A DNA stretch of 64,000 bases from contig SVTC01000003.1 of NCBI GenBank assembly GCA_015063985.1, positions 5,162 through 69,161 of the forward strand. Reading direction: 5' to 3'. Made by a program: the position numbers and the translations under genes. Below the pieces are notes generated by a model. It did not search any database and had not been told where the DNA came from. It saw only the letters and a program-made list of their open reading frames with translations. This stretch comes from Oscillospiraceae bacterium (GTDB lineage Bacteria; Bacillota; Clostridia; Oscillospirales; SIG627). Position 1 is the first letter of the stretch. Each line of letters starts with the position of its first letter. Shown piece after piece: positions 28,285 through 37,492 of the stretch.

Positions 28285-29565
28285 TTATTTTGCCAAAGAA
28301 GCGAAATGCTTTATTCTATCCTTAAGATCGGGCATCTTTTCCTTAGTCTTTGCACTGAACATATTATCTTCCACGTTCTCGGTACCGCAGTTTTCGTGTC
28401 CGATAAGAGCGTAGGTAGCCTCGATAAGGTGGCCGAATTTGGGATCGTCAAGAGCTACGCAGATGAACTTCTGTCTGGGAGAGTTGATATCCTCGCCGCT
28501 GATCTGGAAGAAGCCGTTCTTATCGCAAAGAGCCATAAGTCTGTCAAGCTGCTGAGGAGTATTTCTTGTGGGCATATAAGTAATTGCGTTGAAGCGCTTT
28601 TCCTTGAGCACCTCAATAAGCTCATCGAGATAATCATCCTCAAACTTCTGAGCCTTCTTATCACCGGTAACAGAATTTCCGACGTCGCCCAGATAAGCGT
28701 AAGCGGCAATACCGCCCACTCTGTTGGCAAGAGCAATATAATCATCCACCTTGGGACATTCCTCCGTAGCGTCGATATAGAACTTTTCAACCATATTACC
28801 CTTCAAAAGGCCCAGCACGTCGTAAGCATAACGGATATCGTCGGTGGGAGTGCTTCTGAGAAGATCCTTTATCTTGTCGCTGACCGCGATCTTCATTTCG
28901 TTCTCTGCAAAGTCTATAAGGCTTTCGGCAGTGGGGTAGCGCTCCATTATCTTCTTTGTGAGAGCATAAAGGATGTGGCGCTCCGTAACGCTTCCGCCTA
29001 TTGCAAAATTGCTGAGAGGCACTACGTCCTTGTCAAAATCAAGGCTGAGGCCGTAGGGGCTCACAAGAGCGGTGATGTTTTGGCACATCTTTTTATTTCT
29101 TTCGTTTCTCTTGGCTCTGTAGTAAGCAAAAAACTCGTTTACCTCATCGATAAACTGATGAGGAATGCCGTGAAGTGCAACGTAAGCCACGGATTTCTGG
29201 TCGGGGTTATTGATGCGCTTTCCGTTAAGCGAGGTTCCAGACATATCCACTCTGCACTCCACACCGCAGGTAACAGGCATACCGAGGATCTCTGCAGCCT
29301 TAAGGAATTCCTTGCAGCCGCCGGTGGAATCGTGATCCATAATTCCCGCGGTCTTAAGTCCGTTCTGCCAAGCCATATAAAGCGCCTTGGTCGGGGAATA
29401 GGGAGAGAAGGAATAAGTAGTATGAATGTGGTTGTTAACGTAATTTGTTACTGCGGGCTTAGCAAGCTTTCCTTCATCGGTAAGCTTCTTCAGCTCCTTA
29501 AGAGCCTCCAGTCTTTTACATTCGCAGGAATCGTTAAGTTGTTCAATAAGCTTGGTGATATCCAT
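28285..29565 (-). CDS. PHP-domain metal-dependent phosphoesterase-like protein
   Basis: NNHIHTTYSFSPYSP...GIMDHDS is the PHP N-terminal His/Asp motif. This is the last gene of the rha operon. Confidence 0.6.
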   Translation of the reverse strand: MDITKLIEQLNDSCECKRLEALKELKKLTDEGKLAKPAVTNYVNNHIHTTYSFSPYSPTKALYMAWQNGLKTAGIMDHDSTGGCKEFLKAAEILGMPVTCGVECRVDMSGTSLNGKRINNPDQKSVAYVALHGIPHQFIDEVNEFFAYYRAKRNERNKKMCQNITALVSPYGLSLDFDKDVVPLSNFAIGGSVTERHILYALTKKIMERYPTAESLIDFAENEMKIAVSDKIKDLLRSTPTDDIRYAYDVLGLLKGNMVEKFYIDATEECPKVDDYIALANRVGGIAAYAYLGDVGNSVTGDKKAQKFEDDYLDELIEVLKEKRFNAITYMPTRNTPQQLDRLMALCDKNGFFQISGEDINSPRQKFICVALDDPKFGHLIEATYALIGHENCGTENVEDNMFSAKTKEKMPDLKDRIKHFASLAK

Positions 29566-29624
29566 TTTTATACCTCTTTATCAGTTTTTCAAGGGGGAGA
29601 AGCTCCCCCTTGATATGTTCTTTA

Positions 29625-31592
29625 TTACTTAAGCATTTCCTGACCGCCGGTTACGGGAATAGCCTGACCGGTCTCGTACTTCTGCTCAACCGCATAGACA
29701 ACAGCCTTAGCAACGTCCTCAGGCAGACATCCTCTTCCCAAGGGCACCTTGGACATATAGAACTTTCTTACGTCCTCAACGTTCTTTGCGCCGGGAACCT
29801 TTCCTGCGTTGAGGTACTGTACGAACAGACCCTTTTCGGGATCGCTCCACAGGGGACCGTCAAGGAAGTTACCGGGGCAGATAGCGTTTACCTTGATGTT
29901 ATAGGGTGCAAGCTCGAGAGCAAAGCTCTGAGTAAGACCGATTCCGCCGAATTTACTGCCTGCGTAAGCAAAATTCTTGTTGCTTCCCGCAAGACCGCTC
30001 TTGGAGTTGATGCTGATGATATCAGCGGCATAATCGGGGCATACCGCGTTCTGTATCTTCATGGGACGGGTGCAATACTTTGTGCAGAGGAAGAATGCGG
30101 TGTAGTTTACAGCGGTAACAAGCTCAAAGGTAGGCTTAGTCATTTCCTCAAGGCTTCCCGCTCTTGCAATACCTGCATTATTAACAAGAATATCAAGACC
30201 GCCGTAATTCAAAACGGTCTGATCGACCATTGCCTTAACGGCATCCTCATCGCTGACGTTTACCATAACCGCAATAGCGGTGCCCTTGCCGTACTTTTCA
30301 CAAAGTCCGTCTGCAACCTCCTGAGCGGAGTTGATATTCATATCAGCGATAACGGTGTAAGCGCCGTCTGCAGCCATACATTCCGCAATACCCTTACCAA
30401 AGCCCTGACCTGCACCTGTGATGATGGCGATCTTGTTGGTAAGGCGCTTTGCACTGCCTGCGCTGAGGCTGACCTTACTGCGGTAGCTCTCGACCTCCCA
30501 GTTCTGGATAAAGAGGCTGAGCTCATCGTTAAGAGGAGCCGCTCCGCCGAAGCTCTGCGCAAAAACTGCGATCTTTACGCCGTCAAGGAAGACCTCTGCA
30601 GCGGTGGAAGCATCCTTGTAGGAGCCGCCGCAAACAAAGCAACCCAGCTTTTCAACCGCAATAACCTTGGGGATGATGCCGTTTGCATCAACGTACTCCT
30701 TGTGAAGCTTTTTAAGAAGCTCGAGAGTCTCTTCCTTGGTCTCGCAGTAAGGGATCCACAAGGGAGCCTTCTTGCAATATACGATGTGATCGGGAGTAAA
30801 GCTCTTTGCCAAAGGCTCAAAGCTCTTTTCATCCTTCAAGAAGCCTGCAAGCTCCTTATTGCAAACAAACTTACAAACGGATTTTCCTTCTGCATTAAAG
30901 AGCATTCTTGCCGCGGGAGCAAGATAAGCCGCCTTATCCACGTCATACTCTGCATCGGAAAAGTCATAGGTCCTCACAAGCTTGCCGTTGATGGCATCCA
31001 TAACGCTGCCAACTATAGTGTCGATCTCCTCTGTGGTGTCTGCCGCAAAGAAGATTCCGTGATTCTCAAGGAAGAGCACCTGGCAATCCTTGCCCTTTTC
31101 TGCCTTATACTCAGCCATTCTCTTGTTACAGAGATCAGCAAGAATGTAACCGGGCTTTGTGGCGTCAGTCCAGATAGCATCGGGGAACATTTCAGCTACC
31201 ACCTCTGCACCCTTCAAGCAGCAGGTAATGCCGTTAACTGCGGCAGGATGAACGTGAAGAACGTACTTCTGAGGGAAGAGATTGTGCAAAAGGCACTCAA
31301 CACTGGGGCGCTTTGCTTCCTCGCCCTTGCAACGGGCATCCATCATATCGCCGAGAACCTCAGCCTCTCTTGCAGCCTCGTCCGCAGAATAGGTCTTTGT
31401 CATTACCTCGTTAAGGCTCTTTCTGCAAAGCTTAACAAACTGCTCGGGGCAGATCGTTGCAAGAGATGAACCGGATCCCTTAACAAAAAGAAGCTCGTCG
31501 GTCTTATAAGATGTGTTTCCGCCTCCGGCAAGAACAAAATCGGGGTTCTTACCGTATTTCTGAGACATTTCAACAAGTTTTTTCATTTCCAT
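29625..31592 (-). CDS. rhaEW: Bifunctional rhamnulose-1-phosphate aldolase / short-chain dehydrogenase (YuxG/RhaEW-like)
   Basis: An N-terminal class II aldolase/adducin-like domain (GGGNTS) is followed by a C-terminal SDR domain (ITGAGQGFG...YAGSK). It is about 655 aa, like B. subtilis YuxG, and sits in a rha context. Confidence 0.8.
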   Translation of the reverse strand: MEMKKLVEMSQKYGKNPDFVLAGGGNTSYKTDELLFVKGSGSSLATICPEQFVKLCRKSLNEVMTKTYSADEAAREAEVLGDMMDARCKGEEAKRPSVECLLHNLFPQKYVLHVHPAAVNGITCCLKGAEVVAEMFPDAIWTDATKPGYILADLCNKRMAEYKAEKGKDCQVLFLENHGIFFAADTTEEIDTIVGSVMDAINGKLVRTYDFSDAEYDVDKAAYLAPAARMLFNAEGKSVCKFVCNKELAGFLKDEKSFEPLAKSFTPDHIVYCKKAPLWIPYCETKEETLELLKKLHKEYVDANGIIPKVIAVEKLGCFVCGGSYKDASTAAEVFLDGVKIAVFAQSFGGAAPLNDELSLFIQNWEVESYRSKVSLSAGSAKRLTNKIAIITGAGQGFGKGIAECMAADGAYTVIADMNINSAQEVADGLCEKYGKGTAIAVMVNVSDEDAVKAMVDQTVLNYGGLDILVNNAGIARAGSLEEMTKPTFELVTAVNYTAFFLCTKYCTRPMKIQNAVCPDYAADIISINSKSGLAGSNKNFAYAGSKFGGIGLTQSFALELAPYNIKVNAICPGNFLDGPLWSDPEKGLFVQYLNAGKVPGAKNVEDVRKFYMSKVPLGRGCLPEDVAKAVVYAVEQKYETGQAIPVTGGQEMLK

Positions 31593-31611
31593 TTTTTATT
31601 CTTCCTTTCTA

Positions 31612-32520
31612 TCAGTTCCAAAGCCTTTCGGGATATTCTCCCGCAGCTATCATAGCATTAAGGGCATCCACCACGGCCTGTCTGTCCTCGTGATAGGTAA
31701 CTCCGTACCACCTTGCATCGGTTCCCAGCACCTTTACGTCGCAAAGCCCCTTGGAGATCATATTCTTAACCGCACTGGGCAAATAATACTCGCATTTTTC
31801 AAGATTAGCCTTGTTTTCCTCAAAGAACTCCGCGATACCGCCTTCAAGCTCTTTAAAGAACTCCTTGGTAAAGCCCCAGCAGTTCATACTTGCGATGGCA
31901 TTCTCGGAAAGATCGAACCACTTATCATCCTCAAAATACTGAATGGTGCCGTTATTTCTCTGGATCTTGGTGCGCTCTGTTATAACCGAAAGTATTCCGT
32001 TTTCATCGGTCTCGCATATACCTCTGGATACGTGTCCGTTCTCGGTGAGAGTGTTGCAAAGCTTGAAGCCGCTCATACAAAAATGAGCCTTTGCCTCGCC
32101 CTTCTTGGCAGCTCTGAGATGATCGGCGATGATAGCAAAGGAAGCCTTGCCGTAGAAATCATCGGAGTTGATGACCGCAAAATCGTCATCCCCTACAGCC
32201 TCACGGGCACAAAGCACTGCGTGAGCCGTTCCCCAGGGCTTCTTTCTCGCTTCGGGGATATCAACGCCGTCCGCATATTTTTCTATCTTCTGGAAAACAA
32301 ACTCAATATCTATCTTTCCTTCGATCCTGCGGCTTACAGTTTCCTTGAATGCCTCAAGATTTTCTTCCTTAATGATGAAAACAACCTTATTAAAGCCCGC
32401 TCTGATGGCGTCGTAAATGGAATAATCTATGATAAATTCCCCACCGGGGCCAACGGGATCAAGCTGCTTCAGTCCGCCGTAACGGCTTCCCATACCTGCA
32501 GCCATAATAACAAGAGTCAT
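31612..32520 (-). CDS. Sugar-phosphate nucleotidyltransferase family protein
   Basis: MTLVIMAAGMGSRYGGLKQ is a G-x-G-x-R NTP-transferase loop. The start is set at ATG 32520 behind GGAAAGGAAAGG rather than the track start at 32595. Confidence 0.65.
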   Translation of the reverse strand: MTLVIMAAGMGSRYGGLKQLDPVGPGGEFIIDYSIYDAIRAGFNKVVFIIKEENLEAFKETVSRRIEGKIDIEFVFQKIEKYADGVDIPEARKKPWGTAHAVLCAREAVGDDDFAVINSDDFYGKASFAIIADHLRAAKKGEAKAHFCMSGFKLCNTLTENGHVSRGICETDENGILSVITERTKIQRNNGTIQYFEDDKWFDLSENAIASMNCWGFTKEFFKELEGGIAEFFEENKANLEKCEYYLPSAVKNMISKGLCDVKVLGTDARWYGVTYHEDRQAVVDALNAMIAAGEYPERLWN

Positions 32521-32597
32521 AATAGCCTTTCCTTTCCCATATTTATTACGAGCATTAAGCCAATGCCCCAAGAGACATCGGCTTAATGATATCATTT

Positions 32598-33848
32598 TCA
32601 GTTTCTCTTAAGAAGAACCTCGTTCTCGTACTCTTCAACGACCTTGAACCAGCTTTCATCGGCAATAACACCGTTGTCCAGGCAGAATTTCTTCCAAACG
32701 TCGCCGACGGGAAGAGTCTTGATCTCCTCGGTGATAGCCATCTTCTCGCTGAATCTGCCTTCATCCTGCATATTCTTAAGAAATGCATTGGGGGTAAGAA
32801 GAGCTCCCAGAAGCGCCTTCTGCATATTTCTCATACCGACTACCCAAGCACAGAGACGGTTGATGCTTGCATCAAAATAGTCAAGACCGATAAGAACTCT
32901 GTCGGTAGCATCGCAACGAACTATCTCCTTTGCGATCTCCTTAAGCTCGTCGTCAAGAACCACAACGTGGTCACTGTCCCAACGGATACCTCTGGTAACG
33001 TGCAGAGCCACCTTGTCGGAGAAGAGAAGCATAGAGGGGATCTTATCGCTTACAACCTCAGTGGGATGGTAATGACCGTTGTCAAGCAGGCAAAGAATAT
33101 TGTTCTTTGCTGCGTAATTCATATAAAACTCGTGAGATCCGACGGTATAAGCCTCAACGCCGATACCGAACACCTTACTCTCTACGGAGTCAACTATGTA
33201 TCTGGGGTCGAGCTTCTCGGAATAGATCTCATCCAGGGAAGCCTTCAGTCTTGCACGGGGTCCCAGTCTGTCAGCGGGAACGTCCTTAAGACCGTCGCCG
33301 ATCCAAAGGTTGCAAAGACAGGTAGTGCCAAGCTCCTTACCCATATACTCTGCTATACGTCTGCAAGCCTTACCGTGGCGGATCCAATAGTTTCTGATCT
33401 CGTCATCGGGGCTGGAAAGGGTAAGTCCGCTGTCTGCCATGGGATGGCTGAAGAACGTGGGGTTAAAATCAAGTCCGACTCCGAGCTCCTTTGCAAATTC
33501 CACCCAGGGAGCGAAGTGCTTGGGCTCAAGAGCATCGCGCTCAACGGGAGTATCGGAAACCGCATAGCTTGCGTGAAGATTGATGCGATGCTTGCCGGGG
33601 ATAAGGCTGAAGGCCTTTCTGATGTCCGCCTTAAGCTCCTCAAAGTTTCTTGCACGGCCGGGATAGTTACCGGTGGTCTGAATACCGCCGGAAAGTGTGG
33701 TAGCACCCTCAAAGCCCTTTACGTCGTCGCCCTGCCAGCAATGCATTGAGATCGGAATGTTCTTCAAGGCCTCCAAAGCCTTGTCGGCGTCAACGCCAAA
33801 AGCCGCAAACTGCTCTTTTGCACTGAGATATCTTTCGTTGATGTTCAT
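32598..33848 (-). CDS. rhaA: L-rhamnose isomerase
   Basis: 416 aa. The N-terminus ...ISMHCWQGDDVKGFE... and the overall length match RhaA. It is adjacent to rhaB. Confidence 0.88.
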   Translation of the reverse strand: MNINERYLSAKEQFAAFGVDADKALEALKNIPISMHCWQGDDVKGFEGATTLSGGIQTTGNYPGRARNFEELKADIRKAFSLIPGKHRINLHASYAVSDTPVERDALEPKHFAPWVEFAKELGVGLDFNPTFFSHPMADSGLTLSSPDDEIRNYWIRHGKACRRIAEYMGKELGTTCLCNLWIGDGLKDVPADRLGPRARLKASLDEIYSEKLDPRYIVDSVESKVFGIGVEAYTVGSHEFYMNYAAKNNILCLLDNGHYHPTEVVSDKIPSMLLFSDKVALHVTRGIRWDSDHVVVLDDELKEIAKEIVRCDATDRVLIGLDYFDASINRLCAWVVGMRNMQKALLGALLTPNAFLKNMQDEGRFSEKMAITEEIKTLPVGDVWKKFCLDNGVIADESWFKVVEEYENEVLLKRN

Positions 33849-33860
33849 AGCTGTTCTCCT

Positions 33861-35288
33861 TTATTTTGTGTATTCCTTAACCGCGAAGGAATCGTGTATT
33901 TTTTCTCTTGCGTGTCTGAGGTTTTCAAGCTCGCCCGCCTTTATCATCTGAGCGCAAAGGTTACCGATGGAGGTCGCCTCCTTGGGACCTGCATAAACCT
34001 TTCTGCCGGAGAGACGCGCCGTAAGACGGCTGAGATACTCATCGTTGCAGCCACCGCCGACGATCTTGATGGAGTGGAACTTTGTTCCCGTCATCTTCTC
34101 CAGATCGTCTGCCACTCTCGCATAGGTTCCCGCAAGACTCTGATATATGGCACTGAGAAGCTGGCCGTTATTTTCGGGGACCTTTTGAGAGGTCTTGGCA
34201 CAGTAATCCTTGATGGCCTCGATCATACTGTCAGGAGCGAGGAATATCGTGCTGTCAACGTCAAGCCTGGAGGGGAAGCCCTCTTCAGCTATAGCCATAT
34301 CGCAAAGCTCGTCGAAGGTATACTTTTCCCCCTTCTCCTCAAGCTCGCGCTTAACGGATTGGATCATCCAAAGACCCATTATGTTCTTCAGATAGCGATA
34401 TCTGAGATCATATCCGCCCTCGTTGGAGAAGTTGAGCTTCATACTCTGCGCACTGCAATCGGGCTCGCTTCTTTCGATACCCACAAGGCTCCAGGTTCCG
34501 GAGGAAATGAACACACTGTCAAATCCGCTGTCACCCTTGCCCATAGGCAGACTGAGCACTGCGGAGCCGGTGTCATGAGTGCAGGGAAGCACTACCTCGC
34601 AATCGAAGCCAACCATTTCAACGATCTCCTTTTTGAACATTCCCACGCTGGTGCCCGGAGAATTGAGCTTACCGAAAATGGACGTGGGATATCCCAGCTT
34701 TTCCATCAGCTCAAAGTCCCAGGTCGCCTTTTTGGCATTTACCATCTGGGTTGTGGAGGCGTTTGTATATTCATTCATACATACTCCCGTAAGAAGGAAG
34801 TTGAAATATTCGGGAGTCATCAAAAAGCGCTTTGCTCTTTCAAAGTACTCGGGATGGTTCTTCTTGATAGCCCAGAACTGATTGATTGTGTTGAAATCAA
34901 CCCTCTGGATACCCGTTCTGGCATACAGCTCCTCCTCGGGAACTATCTTGAATATCTCCTCGTCAGCACCCTTTGTTCTGGGGTCTCTGTAAGAAACGGT
35001 GTCTCCGATGACCTTATTGTTCTCATCAAGCAACACAAAATCAACACCCCAGGTATCTATACCCATTGATGAGGGGATCATATTCTCCTCTTTGCACTTC
35101 TTCAAGCCGTTGAGTATCTCTGTAAACAACAGCTCAAAATCCCAACAAAGATAACCGTTCTTCTTGTAGAGACGGTTGGTAAAGCGATACATCTCCTTGG
35201 TCTTTATAAGACCGTTTTCCAAATAACCGATAATATGTCTTCCGCTGGAAGCTCCGATATCTACGGCAAGATAATAATTGCAGGCCAT
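33861..35288 (-). CDS. rhaB: Rhamnulokinase
   Basis: FGGY kinase: YLAVDIGASSGRHI, GIDTWGVDF, and a C-terminal GGG...L. It is the first gene of the rha operon. Confidence 0.88.
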   Translation of the reverse strand: MACNYYLAVDIGASSGRHIIGYLENGLIKTKEMYRFTNRLYKKNGYLCWDFELLFTEILNGLKKCKEENMIPSSMGIDTWGVDFVLLDENNKVIGDTVSYRDPRTKGADEEIFKIVPEEELYARTGIQRVDFNTINQFWAIKKNHPEYFERAKRFLMTPEYFNFLLTGVCMNEYTNASTTQMVNAKKATWDFELMEKLGYPTSIFGKLNSPGTSVGMFKKEIVEMVGFDCEVVLPCTHDTGSAVLSLPMGKGDSGFDSVFISSGTWSLVGIERSEPDCSAQSMKLNFSNEGGYDLRYRYLKNIMGLWMIQSVKRELEEKGEKYTFDELCDMAIAEEGFPSRLDVDSTIFLAPDSMIEAIKDYCAKTSQKVPENNGQLLSAIYQSLAGTYARVADDLEKMTGTKFHSIKIVGGGCNDEYLSRLTARLSGRKVYAGPKEATSIGNLCAQMIKAGELENLRHAREKIHDSFAVKEYTK

Positions 35289-35340
35289 ATTAAATGCCTC
35301 CTTTTTTCATTGCTTCGGCAGTAAATCTACCTTACATTAT

Positions 35341-35370
35341 ATGATAACATATTTCTTATAACCTTGTCAA
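35341..35370 (-). promoter_or_regulatory. Candidate sigma-A promoter of the rha operon
   Basis: Minus strand: TTGACA (35370-35365), 18-nt spacer, TATCAT (35346-35341). Confidence 0.45.
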
Positions 35371-35491
35371 GACGACAAAGGAAAATGTTGGTGATTTGTT
35401 TAAGATTATATCAGACATATTACAACTAAACCGAATTTTCCCTTTTATTTTTCCTATTTATAAACAATTTTAAAATTCTTTTGTAAAGCCC

Positions 35492-35520
35492 TTGCGATAA
35501 TCGAAAGTATAAGCTATAAT
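35492..35520 (+). promoter_or_regulatory. Candidate sigma-A promoter of the sortase gene
   Basis: TTGCGA, 17-nt spacer, TATAAT. Confidence 0.5.
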
Positions 35521-35561
35521 AACTACAAAGACAAAAAACAATACTTTTACGGATGATATAA

Positions 35562-36758
35562 ATGAAAAAGAAAAAAACACTGATCACCGAGGAAGCTCTG
35601 ATCAACCCCAAGGAAGCCAACTTGAGCAGTACGGCTCCCGAAAAGGCATCTCCCCGCCCCTCAAAGCGCTTTACTATGCCAAGGGTAAACGACAAGGAGG
35701 GAAAAAGAGTTCTGCTTGTTGAAAGGGTCAAGGCTGCAAACACACCCAAGGAAGACCCTAAAGAGAAGAAAAGAAAAGATAAAAAGAACAGATCGCTTAA
35801 GGCTCCCAAGCCCTCGGAAAAGCTTTTGTTGAATGCCATTTTCAACGAAGAGGAAGAAGCCCCGCAGGAGAAGGAGGTCAAAAAGCAAAGAAGCTTCGGC
35901 GCCATAGACTACGTCAGATACCTGATGCTTTTTATTTGCTTCTCTGTATTTTTATACTCCTCCTACACGCTTGTAAGCTCGCTTCTCAACAGAGCCGAAA
36001 GCCGCGAGCTTTACGACCAGCTGGATAATTTCTGGAACAGCGAGGACCGTTTCGGATCATCGTACCTTAAAAGCTCTGTCCAAAGCGCTCCCGCAGTTGA
36101 TCTGCTCAGCGCCTACGTGGGAGTAACTCCCCCCGAGGAGGATCCCCTTTTGAAGGAGGATCAGAATTTCTCCTCGATCATGGCAAAGATCAATTACCTT
36201 AAGACTCAGAACAAAGACACCGTGGGCTGGATAACCGTTTCGGGAACCAACATCAGCTACCCCGTTGTACACACCACGGACAATGATTATTATCTGCGCA
36301 GAAGCTTCTACGGAAGAAGCAATCTGGCGGGCACACTGTTTGTGGATTACCGCAACAGCAAAAAGCTTATGGAAAACCGCAACACCGTTATCTACGGTCA
36401 TAATATGAACGACGGCTCCATGTTCAACAACCTTCACGACTTCAAAAACGAGGACGTTTTTAAAAACGGCATCATCGAGGTCGCCACAGCAAACGGAGTG
36501 TTTATCTACGAGGTATTCTCCGTCCACAAGCCCCTTGATACCAGCGAGTATTTCCAGACGGACTTTGAAAACGACGAGCAGTTTATCGCTTTTCTTGAGG
36601 AGATAACGGTAAACAGCCTCTATATCAAGGAAGGTCTTGAGCTCTCCCCCGGAGACAAGGTCATAACCCTTTCCACCTGCGTGGATCCCATTCTGCAAAG
36701 CGAATACCGCTGGGCAGTTCACGGAAAGCTCATACAGGTGATCAACTATATCCCCTGA
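35562..36758 (+). CDS. srtB: Class B sortase with a long Lys-rich N-terminal extension
   Basis: The catalytic region has GWITVSGTNISYPVV, VIYGHNM and VITLSTC (TLxTC). About 115 Lys/Pro/Glu-rich residues precede the TM anchor. Confidence 0.8.
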   Translation: MKKKKTLITEEALINPKEANLSSTAPEKASPRPSKRFTMPRVNDKEGKRVLLVERVKAANTPKEDPKEKKRKDKKNRSLKAPKPSEKLLLNAIFNEEEEAPQEKEVKKQRSFGAIDYVRYLMLFICFSVFLYSSYTLVSSLLNRAESRELYDQLDNFWNSEDRFGSSYLKSSVQSAPAVDLLSAYVGVTPPEEDPLLKEDQNFSSIMAKINYLKTQNKDTVGWITVSGTNISYPVVHTTDNDYYLRRSFYGRSNLAGTLFVDYRNSKKLMENRNTVIYGHNMNDGSMFNNLHDFKNEDVFKNGIIEVATANGVFIYEVFSVHKPLDTSEYFQTDFENDEQFIAFLEEITVNSLYIKEGLELSPGDKVITLSTCVDPILQSEYRWAVHGKLIQVINYIP

Positions 36759-36766
36759 TAAAAAAG

Positions 36767-36792
36767 CCCGACGCAAAAATATTTGCGTCGGG
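36767..36792. terminator. Bidirectional intrinsic terminator
   Basis: Stem cccgacgcaaa / tttgcgtcggg flanked by an A-run and a T-rich sequence. Confidence 0.7.
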
Positions 36793-36814
36793 AAGTTCAT
36801 TTATAAAGCAAGGC

Positions 36815-37378
36815 TTATTTGACCTGTACATTCCTTATCAAGGCATCGCTTTCCTTTTTTAGCAAAGCGGCGCAGCAGGCGGTCATCATAGCTCTAAGGC
36901 TTTCCTTAAGAAGCTCTTTTCCGCTATCGGTACCGGAAAAATCCTCCAGAAGCAGCTCGGACACCCTACGAAAGCTATCGTCCGACACATCTGCCGAGGC
37001 ACATATTCTCTTCATTCCCTTACAAAGGCAGTCAAAAAGCTTCGACTCGGCAATAATATCGTCGCTCTTATCCTCGACCGAGCCGTTTATCCTCGCCAAA
37101 AGCCCAACTATCTGCTCCAGGCTCAAAGCATCCCTGAGGGCATTTATGATCAATATTCTCGATATCTGCCTTTCGGCGTATTTCTTATTCACGGGCTTTG
37201 CCACCCATCCGCGCTTGATCCAATTCTGTATGGTCGTAGGCTCAAGCCCCGTCAGCGAGCAGACCTGAGAAAGGCTGAAGCCCCCCGAAAGCCTCAAGGC
37301 GGGCTCAATACTTCCAAACGTCCCTTCAGCGTATTCATCCAATGGCAAAACAGTTCCCGGAACCTTTTCAAGATGCAT
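36815..37378 (-). CDS. DUF1836-like HTH protein
   Basis: ...LTGLEPTTIQNWIKRGWVAKPVNKKYAERQISRILIINALRDALSLEQI... resembles the DUF1836 core. Confidence 0.45.
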   Translation of the reverse strand: MHLEKVPGTVLPLDEYAEGTFGSIEPALRLSGGFSLSQVCSLTGLEPTTIQNWIKRGWVAKPVNKKYAERQISRILIINALRDALSLEQIVGLLARINGSVEDKSDDIIAESKLFDCLCKGMKRICASADVSDDSFRRVSELLLEDFSGTDSGKELLKESLRAMMTACCAALLKKESDALIRNVQVK

Positions 37379-37492
37379 ATGATCTCCTCCTTAAAGTCTT
37401 TAAAACGTTCTTTACGTTAGCTTGATTATACCACAAGTTCCGCTGAACTTCAATAGAAAAACAAAAAAAGAACCCCAAACAAGGAGAAAACC

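Noticed and set aside
28306-35069. Very long + strand ORFs (435, 619, 298, 387 and 391 aa) opposite the rhamnose operon
   Set aside because: Each lies antisense to a gene with clear family motifs (PHP, RhaEW, NTase, RhaA, RhaB). Their translations are low-complexity (Leu/Ser/Val/Gly-rich), lack RBSs, and arise from the absence of stop codons on the complementary strand of GC3-biased genes.
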